Shown here: one piece after another, positions 12,201-20,115 of the stretch
Position numbering within the stretch: the first letter of the stretch is position 1
How the letters are laid out: each line of letters starts with the position of its first letter
Assembly (NCBI GenBank): GCA_002269645.1
Contig: NIVC01003205.1
Span: 1 to 64,000, forward strand
Origin: Macrostomum lignano
Taxonomy: Eukaryota
DNA: 64,000 nucleotides
Direction of reading: 5' to 3'
The notes under the pieces: generated by a model
What the model saw: only the letters and a program-made list of their open reading frames with translations
Told to the model about the DNA's origin: nothing
Database searches by the model: none
Program-made: the position numbers and the translations under genes

Positions 12201-15200
12201 GCCTCCATAGCGTAGAAACCATGCTTCAACATCATAAAACGCACAGCTTGGCTCAGCTCGTAAAAGCAGAAGACGGAAGCCGAAGCACCAAACGGGAGCC
12301 GCGTGTCGTACAGGTACACTGGCTGGCCCTCGCCTTGGAGCTGAATCTTCATGCCTGTGACCCGGTGGTCATCAGGGTGCACACCACATGAACGATATGC
12401 TTGCGACAGATCCACTTTGCACATGTACGCGCCGCTGTACAGCTTCGAGGCAAAGTTGCTGGCCGAAGTAAAACGCAACTTCCGTTTCGACTCAAAGAAA
12501 TCATTCACAGAGGCGCCAGTTGGCAGGCTGCAGTCGTGAATAAGGCGGATGGAAGACGAATCCGCCTTAGGGATCGCACCAAGGGCACTAACGATGAGCG
12601 GCCGGTTGCCTGCCTGGCAGCGCCTGTAGCGGTCCTGCTTGAGCTCCTGGCGCACCTGGGCCTCAACAGCTTGCTGGTGAATGGTAGCTGATCTGTGATT
12701 TGCCATCTCAGTGTGGTTCTTACAATCCATCACTTTATTAGTAATTCGAAAGCCATTCTTCACACCATCGAGCACGAACCTGACACGGTCCTCCGGCATC
12801 TCGGTCCCAGCCAGCTCTTCCCGCCAAACCGCAAACACAAGGTCGCTCGACAACTCAGTTGAACTCGGGTCACATAGGGGGAGCTCCCCCGTGGGGGCAC
12901 AGGAGGGCGACCCGACGGCAGACATTGAGTCCTGTGCCCCCACCTCGCACGCTAGTTTTTTGAAAATTGGCCCGGGTCCCCATCAGCGTGGGCTCGGGCT
13001 TCAGAGTGCGGCTGTGAGCACCTGCGGCACTGATGGGCGAAGCGGCAGTGAGTTCTGTTGCAGCCGCTAAGACTGTTGAAGTCGAAACAGACAGGTGGCT
13101 GCGTTCGCTTTTTAGGCGCTGTTGCGTTTATCATTTTTGTTGGTGCCATCAAGTGTGTTGCCACCAGACCCAGGTCTGCGCTAACAGCGCTCCACCGCGT
13201 TCCATCATGCTGGAGAAGCCGACATTCGTCATCATATCTCATGACTTTAGTGCGATCGAAGCCTAAATCTAGCAGGTCACCAATTCTAGCGTTATGTCGG
13301 AGATGATCGATCAACTCGGATGAATCGATTCTGCCATCAACAATGCGCAGCAGTTTGCCATCACGCAGCATTTGCACCAGTAAGTTACAGCTACCGGAGA
13401 TGAAATCGCCAAACGACAGTGACTCGGGACTGACGTGTCTCAACCTCTCTGGCTTTGCCGCTCCCACAACAGACTGGCTTCCTTGTCTCCGCTTACGCTC
13501 ACTGATAAAATCAACGACTCTGTACACCGCCGGCGCCTGAGCATGCGAAGTTGCAGCCCCAGCCTGCCCGAGTATACACTCGCCAACCAAATCATGCCAC
13601 TCACCGGGAGTCTGATCACGTTCTCTCGCAGCCGCCGTGCCACTGTGACGCGCTTCAGCGAGCTCGGCTTCGAGCTGAGCCTCTCTTTTTTTCAGGTCCA
13701 GCAACCGAATGCGCAGTTCAGTCTCTCGCAGCTGATCCTCGAGACCGCCTCCCGTCGCCGCCCGACCCTCGGCCGAGGCGCCCACCGCCGGTAGCATCTC
13801 GTCCTCAGGTGGAGCCAGACTTAGCTCGGGTGCGCCCGCATTCGTCGGTGATGTCTTGTCATCTTGAGCACGACGAGATGAGCCTCTGTCCTGCTCCAAC
13901 GCCTGCCGCTCAAGCTCCTTGGCAATGCTGAGTTTTAGACGACTTGTTAGCTCTTGCTTATTGCCATTAGTAGGCAGGCCGCGCTCACTAAGGGCTTCTC
14001 GTAGCGCTTTGTTAGTTGCGGGCAGTACAAGGCTATCTGCCATGATTCAGCAAAAAAATTCAACCGCGAGCAACCCCGCGCAGCCACAAAGGTGGCGGCC
14101 TAAATAGGCACGCGCACGCACCAACGCACCCACCACCCCACCAGACAGCCAGCACCCAAACAGCCCCCCCTTGCACTAACAGCGGTTAGCCCTCGCGGGC
14201 TCGCGCAAACCGATGCATAACAATGAAGATTGCGGTGCGAAAACAAAAAAATAGAAGATATTTAAGATTGACAAGCAAAAAATAGCTAGGAAATTTTAAC
14301 ATACTACTTGGGACTCTGAGCACTTCAACGTTGAGAACTCGAGTGATGCGGAGCTGTGCTCAAATTCGTGTGCACCACGCCAGAAGAGGCACCCTCTGCG
14401 TTCAACCAGGCCCAAGGCGGAGACATTCTACTATTGTCTGTCTCGAAAACCATAGACACAATCTACTATTGTCTACCTCCAAAATCATAGACACAATTAA
14501 TCTACTATTGCCTCTCGAAAACCATAGACACAATCTACCATTGTCTGCCTCCAAAAACATAGACACAATCTACTATTGTCTCTCGAAAACCATAGACACA
14601 ATCTACCATTGTCTGCCTCCAAAACCACAGACACAATCTACCATTGTCTGCCTCCAAAACCACAGACACAATCTACCCTTGTCTGCCTCCAAAAACATAG
14701 ACACAATCTACTATTGTCTCTCGAAAACCATAGACACAATCTACAATTGTCTGACTCCAAAACCATAGACACAATCTACCATGCATTGATGCCTCCAAAA
14801 CCACAGACACAATTGATCATTGTCTGCCTCCAAAACCATAGACACAATCTACCATTGTCTACCTCCAAAACCATAGACACAATCTACCATTGTCTGCCTC
14901 CAAAACCATAGACACAATCTACCCTTGTCTGCCTCCAAAACCATAGACACAATCTACCCTTGTCTACCTCCAAAACCATAGACACAATCTACCCTTGTCT
15001 GCCTCCAAAACCATAGACACAATCTACCCGTGTCTGCTTCAAAAAACACAGACACAATTTACCATTTACCATACAACCTCCAGAACTATGGACCCAATCT
15101 ACCCATTTTTTAGACTGGTGTCCCCGAATCGAGAGTTAAAAAAGTGGATGACAGACAAACTTGTGCTAAACAGTCCTGTTTTTCACATTTAGATGCAGTT

Positions 15201-15637
15201 CCGTGGATGGAAATCTCAAATCAATCAACGGCGGACAGCCTCCAGCTACACGATGGAGACATTATATTTGTCAGCTATTCAAACGAAAAACTCGAAAGCC
15301 TGGCTAGAGCTCGGAAGCGTGCTCTCGTAAATCAGTCGGCATCCAGCAACGTTGCTCGGTCTTTTGCTCCCAGAAGCAGTACAACCACTGATACTGACTC
15401 TATTTCTTTAGCACCATTCGGAAAGCTCTCAAAGCCAATCTCGCAGAATGCCATGCCACTGGCAGATTCGGTCTCGCCGCCGCCACTGCACATGGCGACA
15501 AAGATGCCTACGCAGCCTCGGGCCCGGCGCGCATCAGTGCCCGCGGCTCACCCGGGCCAGCCAATGTGCATCTCTGCCGCCGCCACCTCGGCAGACATCC
15601 AGTTCTGTGAGGCGGTTATCAACACCAGCAAAACAGA
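9239..15637 (+). CDS. Two exons (9239-9625, 15193-15637) encoding an integral SUMO-like (Rad60-SLD type) ubiquitin-fold domain plus a Ser/Pro-rich linker
   Basis: Acceptor ccag|9239; donor G|GTAAGC at 9626 (phase 1); acceptor tttag|15193 (phase 1). The spliced peptide TVQLRVRMHRRVPFGCLLRGLCCRFGL...LKLCLDG...WMEISNQSTADSLQLHDGDIIFV follows the SUMO pattern [24 protein letters not shown]...[28 protein letters not shown]. No terminal di-Gly. Confidence 0.7.
9753..9829 (-). repeat. Split direct repeat B2 (3' terminus of the element)
   Basis: ttagtgaaggggaggcaaagacaagac...gatgcaaccc; matches 10066-10142 except ggcaagg/ggcgagg. Confidence 0.95.
9901..10142 (-). repeat. Internal B1-A2 repeat junction
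   Basis: A2 (9901-10066) abuts B1 (10066-10142) at gatgcaTtagtg, which is the predicted circle-junction sequence. Confidence 0.95.
10251..11294 (-). CDS. Tyrosine recombinase (DIRS/Ngaro ORF3)
   Basis: Catalytic motifs GMFRRSS (R), K in SYGKTN, HSLRRGGA (HxxR), GDWRS, AVTAY (Y). N-terminal SAM-like core-binding region. Overlaps the RT/RH ORF by 265 nt. No AUG at the ORF start. Confidence 0.95.
   Translation of the reverse strand: MPCGVFGSRVFCFCLPFFIFTGRLPATPTLGAAASSLLAAAYAPQSRRAISSAVRSWHSFCNENGTNPARSDRSVLLNYLAHLVECRLRSFNSLRVHVSALSSWFKACGAEDLTKHHLVSLLVRGAKRRMGQRPRRKLPISPAMLLSVKNRLNSSSSLDRVCWLVTLIAWWGMFRRSSLLPSQQSASPISVSAFQRHPKGVVLSVSYGKTNQFGAKLHRVLLPRLKEGHPLCPVAALEGHLRVSKLGCRQPVFSYQLASGSSVVLSASRFDRFLKRCLATAEQDARSFSAHSLRRGGATWAYRLGLSVQEVKCIGDWRSDAVTAYLPSADSVRAGSRFAGAFNESCL
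11030..12943 (-). CDS. Reverse transcriptase-RNase H (DIRS-type pol)
   Basis: RLIHDCS, KVDLSQAY, RLPFGASAS, YMDD, MTFLGI; RNase H motifs IETDSS, INYKEA, CDNETA. Confidence 0.95.
   Translation of the reverse strand: MGAQDSMSAVGSPSCAPTGELPLCDPSSTELSSDLVFAVWREELAGTEMPEDRVRFVLDGVKNGFRITNKVMDCKNHTEMANHRSATIHQQAVEAQVRQELKQDRYRRCQAGNRPLIVSALGAIPKADSSSIRLIHDCSLPTGASVNDFFESKRKLRFTSASNFASKLYSGAYMCKVDLSQAYRSCGVHPDDHRVTGMKIQLQGEGQPVYLYDTRLPFGASASVFCFYELSQAVRFMMLKHGFYAMEAYMDDFAFCGDLESCWKFYNHLIDLLERLGFTVNRSKCVPPTTRMTFLGILFDSVAGQMSLPAEKVQDLLHVLSLCSSKKRLSKSCLQKLIGKLNWASQVVRHGRVFLRPLIDIVNKLHRPHDRVLVSPSVVHHLSWWRLALQHRIGVGLWTSPRACVAIETDSSSSGAAAVLRDGDGIRDWCFIDWQIDANGVFQNYCINYKEAVVILLAVLRWGQSLAGCRLAVYCDNETACWILRRGVSKDSRLMWLLQSVALLCLRFDVEFEVFHVPGAYQLFADAGSRLHSRHELLNFIFRVYGSVPVCPVEFSDHAFSVFASRFLFSQAASLQRRPSAPPPPASSPQHTHRSHAGRSHRPSGPGTASATRTGPTRLDPTGRCYSTTWLTWSNAA
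12865..12961 (-). promoter_or_regulatory. Predicted -1 programmed ribosomal frameshift signal (A_AAA_AAC plus stem/pseudoknot)
   Basis: Heptamer at 12961-12955, in frame and directly before the gag UAG; pol is in the -1 frame and open through the site; perfect 14-bp inverted repeat at 12943-12930/12904-12891. Confidence 0.8.
12952..14043 (-). CDS. Gag-like ORF1 with N-terminal SAP domain, coiled coil and C-terminal Cys/His zinc-finger region
   Basis: ATNKALREALSERGLPTNGNKQELTSRL fits the SAP consensus; heptad-like LEDQLRETELRIRLLDLKKREAQLEAEL; CFDFNSLSGCNRTHCRFAHQCRRCSQPH. Confidence 0.9.
   Translation of the reverse strand: MADSLVLPATNKALREALSERGLPTNGNKQELTSRLKLSIAKELERQALEQDRGSSRRAQDDKTSPTNAGAPELSLAPPEDEMLPAVGASAEGRAATGGGLEDQLRETELRIRLLDLKKREAQLEAELAEARHSGTAAARERDQTPGEWHDLVGECILGQAGAATSHAQAPAVYRVVDFISERKRRQGSQSVVGAAKPERLRHVSPESLSFGDFISGSCNLLVQMLRDGKLLRIVDGRIDSSELIDHLRHNARIGDLLDLGFDRTKVMRYDDECRLLQHDGTRWSAVSADLGLVATHLMAPTKMINATAPKKRTQPPVCFDFNSLSGCNRTHCRFAHQCRRCSQPHSEARAHADGDPGQFSKN
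14052..14218 (-). repeat. Split direct repeat A1 (5' terminus of the element)
   Basis: Identical to 9901-10066 apart from one extra C in the C-run. Confidence 0.95.
14421..15104. repeat. Minisatellite, 35-bp unit (34-bp variants), ~19 copies, intronic
   Basis: tgtctgcctccaaaaccatagacacaatctaccat; period 35 read at 14821/14856. Confidence 0.95.
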
Positions 15638-15870
15638 GTTGGTGCATTTACGACTTGGCTTTTCTTTCTTTGTCTATGCGGCTTTGACTTATGACCCCAG
15701 GAAAAAGATTTTCATACACGATACCTGGTTGATTCTTCAACCAGGCTTTAGCCACTTCATTCAGTGTGTCGGCTCTCATATTTCGTATCAATCGGATCAG
15801 ATTATTGAGATTTTCATTTACCAATTTTTATGATATCTCGTAAACATCTAACTGATTAACAAACAAACAG

Positions 15871-18366
15871 GTTAGACCAAAGCCTGGCTGAGGATGGCAT
15901 CGAGACAGAAGTGTTCGCAAAAGATGGCTGGGGCCTTCATCCCGGTGCACTAAATAAGCTACATCAAGCGCATTCAGACATTGGAGACCTCGTGCGCGTG
16001 TCCTATCCCAGCTCCAAGCGTACAGAGAAACTTGGCTTAGTGCTCACACCGGAGCTGATGACTTGGATGTTGGACGCTGCCAAAGATCACCGCACTCCAC
16101 TCATCCATCCACTGCTCCCGAAAATACGAGCAAAGGTGTTCAGGTGCGACACAGCCTCAGACGTTGATGCCGCCGATGGACTCGGAGCTGGCATCGGAGC
16201 TGGTAGAGGAGCTCTTGAGGAGCTGCGAAATTTCGCCAGCAAAGTTGACAGCATGCTGCGGGTCCGCTGCGCCGGCTCAGGAAGCTTCTTGGATATCTGG
16301 TCGCCAGAGAGTGCAGCCTATTTTGTCGTGGATACTTTCTTTGGTTCCTCGATCTGCAGCATCTATGGAATCGAGCGGGACCATCGCTTCCACTCGTACG
16401 CTGTGGACGCAGCGTTGCATGAGCTTGAAAAAGGTTTTGTGACATTCTTCAGCGGCAATTCCGGTAGTCAAGCAAAATTGCGTAAAGCCGACCTGGACAA
16501 AGCCTGGGAGAATCTCTATCGCCTGCACCCGACAGCCCAGGAGCTGGCTGCCGCTGAGCCATGTCATCATTTCAAGGATTTACTCAACAGAGCCCTAAAG
16601 AGTGCGTGCAACTGCTTGTTGACTGTTTGATTTACCATATTGTCCTAAGCAAAGCGCTATGAGCATAGACACTGGCACAGGGAACAGAACAGCAGTGCCC
16701 GTCCTAAGCAAAACGCTATGAGCATAGACACTGGCACAGGGAACAGAACAGCAGTGCCTGTCCTAACCAAAACGCTATGAGCATAGAAACTGGCACAGGG
16801 AACAGAACAGCAGTGCCCGTCCTAAGCAAAACGCTATGAGCATAGACACTGGCACAGGGGAACAGAACAGCAGTGCCTGTCCTAACCGGACCAAAACACT
16901 ATGAGCATAGACACTGGCACAGGGAACAGAATGGCAGCGCCCACGCCTCTTGTGTTCCACTTTAAAGTTGATAACCAAAATGCTCACTTTTAGTGGAAAC
17001 CGGGTCTGACCAATACAAGTCGCACCTCCAATCTAAACTAGCAGCAATAGCTTTATTTGTTATCTCAGAAAATTAACTCATGTATTTTCCAGATCCAAAT
17101 AAGTCTTGGAGAGCCTTTGTCGGCTGCAGCATCAACTGTCTCTATAGCGACTACAGTGCTAAGAAAGCAGCTTTCTGGGCAATTCACTATCTCATATCTC
17201 ACACAGCCGTGCAGGAGAGCCTGTTAGCCGAGATCGATTCCATGGCGACCGCAGCAAGACCGCACGAATTTCGGCGATTGACGCTCAAGGAGCTTGATGA
17301 GATGCCATTTCTTGGTGGGTGGCACTTGCTTTGATTCTATTGAATATTTCGCGAAGCTCAGAGTCAACTTTTCATTTCAGAGGCCTTCGTAAAAGAAGTT
17401 TACCGGCTCACGTCGGGGCAGTTCGTTAGCTTCAGAGCTGGAACTGACTTGTTGTTGCAGACGCAGAAGAACTCTGAAGGCATCTGCTTGCACAGCGGTG
17501 AAGAGATCGGGGTGCTGCTTCGTTCATTGAACATGGACCCCAGTCTGTTCAAAAATCCAGAGGTGAGTTTTTGGCTGTTAGTACTGAAAGTGCAGGTGAA
17601 CATAAATCTATGTTGTTAGTTATTCTGGGTCTAAATTACTCAGTACTAGCTTAAGATTAGTGATTACTTTTGACATTCGCTTCGATATAGTTATAAGTAA
17701 AAAAGCTAGCGAACTATTTAGCAGCATTCAGATCTTAAAAATCTAAAGTCATCTCATTCTTTTGGAATAGAAGATCATAATCCGGTGCGGTTTGCGAAGC
17801 TTAAAATACGGCCTGCTAAGTTACTTATTCAGGGGAGGAGGGTTGGTGCCGTACGTAAGGGTGGTGGTCTACTTGTAGAGTCTCGAAGTCAAAAGCAGAA
17901 CTTTTGAGATGTCGTTCAGACCTTACAATGCACACTCCGATCTCCTTGGCGGCAGCAATGACGCGACACCTTGAATCCTACTTGAAGTATCGTAAAACGA
18001 ATTCAATCCTAACTAGGATGATTTCTAGTGTGCTTCAACAAAGTCTTTTATTGCCGTACAGAAATGCGAATTCTCGTCCATTGTTCCACACAGGCGTTCC
18101 AGCCGCAGCGCTTTCTGTTTGAGACCCAGCATGCGGAGCTCCTGGCCCTGCCGTTCGGCTGTCTGTGGCCTCGCCGGCGCCTCGGGCTGTTGAAGCTTAA
18201 GCTGTTCTTGGTGCTGCTGCTGAGCCGGTGCCGCATTCGGGCTGATGAAGGCACAGGCGCTCAGGTTGACGCCAGCGCCTTCTGCGTTGATATTCTGCCC
18301 TGGACGGAGGACGTTGTCTTTCAGTTCCAGGCCAGGGAGCAGATGAGAGCGACATTTACGCTTTAG
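15871..18366 (+). CDS. Cytochrome P450-fold domain, CYP7/CYP8-like, with degenerate heme motif; 4 exons, ~468 aa
   Basis: Exons 15871-16601, 17093-17314, 17381-17562, 18094-18366; all GT-AG junctions are phase-compatible. I/J-helix AAFWAIHYLISHTAVQESLLAEID (cf. CYP8A1 AAFWLLLFLLKNPEA), ExxR KEVYR, DPSLFKNPE, PQRF, PFG. No in-frame ATG or TM anchor at the start, so an upstream exon is required. Confidence 0.88.
16642..16935. repeat. Minisatellite, 59-bp unit, ~5 copies, in a P450 intron
   Basis: gtcctaagcaaaacgctatgagcatagacactggcacagggaacagaacagcagtgccc at 16642, 16701, 16760, 16819, 16879; alternating variants. Confidence 0.95.
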
Positions 18367-18740
18367 TGTGACGCGGCTCTTTCACTAGCCTCATGTGAAA
18401 ATCAATCAGAGCTGAGCCCAATATTTTAAACTAATTGCGCCAGGTATTGCATATCTCCCTCCCTTTGCTTCTGTTCCGCCATATTTTTACGATATAGGTG
18501 TTAATTATCTTGTTACTATTCATTTCCTGTTCTGATTTGTCATGTAAAAGAGTAAGCAGCAGAAGGGCTATAGCATTTTATATAGAATATTGTTTTTTAC
18601 TATAGACGTCTATATTAGTTCAGTAGTTAGAGCAATAAAAAGGAATTTCAGCTACGGCTCATGTTTTCGGTAAGTGAAACTGTACGTGTGAACTTAAAAT
18701 CTGTCACTTTTATATCTACTAAGTCGGAATTTGTGTAGAG

Positions 18741-18984
18741 GGCTACTCACACCTGTCTCCCAGACTCAGTTTACTGGGATTTGAGTAGATGGCTACTCAC
18801 ACCTGTCTCCCAGACTCAGTTTACTGGGATTTGAGTAGAAGGCTACTCACACCTGTCTCCCAGACTCAGTTTACTGGGATTTGAGTAGAAGGCTACTCAC
18901 ACCTGTCTCCCAGACTCAGTTTACTGGGATTTGAGTAGATGGCTACTCACACCTGTCTCCCAGACTCAGTTTACTGGGATTTGA
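18741..18984. repeat. Minisatellite, 50-bp hairpin-forming unit, ~4.9 copies
   Basis: ggctactcacacctgtctcccagactcagtttactgggatttgagtagat at 18741, 18791, 18841, 18891, 18941. Confidence 0.95.
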
Positions 18985-20115
18985 CTTAATTTGACTTAGT
19001 TTACTTAATTAAAAGCTAGGCAATAAGTAATCAGGCTTTTGTAGGTTTCGAATGCCTGGAAAAATTCTCAAGGTCGTCTCATGTACATGTTGGTGACAGG
19101 AGCATTCCGTATGTGCTTCGGAAGGCAAAAACATGCATGGCTCTAAGTAAAGGGCAGATCAATCAGTCCTGAGCAGAACATTTTTCAGAGAATTTTGGAC
19201 ATCTGAACTACTCTCGTTACCTTAGCCAACCAAGACATCGCCAGCATCTGAGAGCATCTCTAATTTTTCACCAATTCTGAAACCGTTTGATCTTTGACAT
19301 TATTAATTAAAGTCTTTCATGTCCTTCATTACATTTAGGGCCCTTCTAATTTCTTCAAGGAATAATTGAGACACTGCTGCACGCCTATTTACCAATAAGT
19401 GAGATTTCACTAAGATTGAAGACTAGTCATAGGAAACTGATTCTGAGATGGCAAATTAGAAAATTGGGTTCACCGAAGTGGACGGCTACAAAAATGACTT
19501 CGGCTTCACAACTGATTTGAGTTTTTTGACAGGTTAATTACATTTTATAATGCGTCCTAGAGCTTGAGCAGTATTAAAATCTCAGCTATTGAAGATTACC
19601 CCGGTGTCGCCACTAATTATACAGAGAAATGAAAAGGCATCAAAGAGCCAGCAAAGCTGCTCCGAGTCCATAAACTGTTTGTAAAAGGCATGGAGCACGG
19701 GCTAAACTATTGACGCATTTGGAGAGGCACCAGAAGGCCTCAATACTGCCGGCTCCTCAAAAATCGATGGGTTTTAATTCTAAAATGAATTCCCTTTCAC
19801 GCAAATTTTATTACCCAAGGCCGAGATTCCTTCACAGCCGGAATCGGAGATGTTCTCCAAAGGAAACTTAACTATTGACAGGTTTTGTCTTTGCTTTCCT
19901 TAAATTTGTTCTCTGAGACAAAAATCGATATCAAACCACTAATCCAGGAAATTTATCCCGAAATGGGAAAAATGTCCCTTAGTATAATGTGATTAGCAGA
20001 TCGAAGGTCCTAGTTACATACAAGCAGTCACTGATCAGACCCCCGACGATATAAAGAGCGACTTTATCAGGAATGTTTTGATAAAAATTGCAGTTTTTCA
20101 GCATCAATGAGCCGC

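Larger units (their letters stand above)
9753..14218 (-). mobile_element. Intact Ngaro/PAT-type DIRS-order tyrosine-recombinase retrotransposon with split direct repeats (A1-gag-RT/RH-YR-B1-A2-spacer-B2)
   Basis: A repeats at 14052-14218 and 9901-10066 (one C indel); B repeats at 10066-10142 and 9753-9829 (77 bp, one substitution). Three open ORFs. No target-site duplication, as expected for YR-mediated integration. Lies antisense within host intron 9626-15192. Confidence 0.95.

Noticed and set aside
10034-14107. Many alternative-frame and antisense ORFs within the Ngaro element
   Set aside because: Shadows of GC-rich coding sequence with no motifs.
14331-15192. ORFs across the 35-bp repeat
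   Set aside because: Repeat-derived translations inside a phase-matched intron.
15638-15833. Hydrophobic tail of ORF 15144-15833 as the P450 membrane anchor
   Set aside because: It is T-rich, intron-like and ends in a stop in a different frame from the P450; more likely intron read-through, though not excluded as an alternative end.
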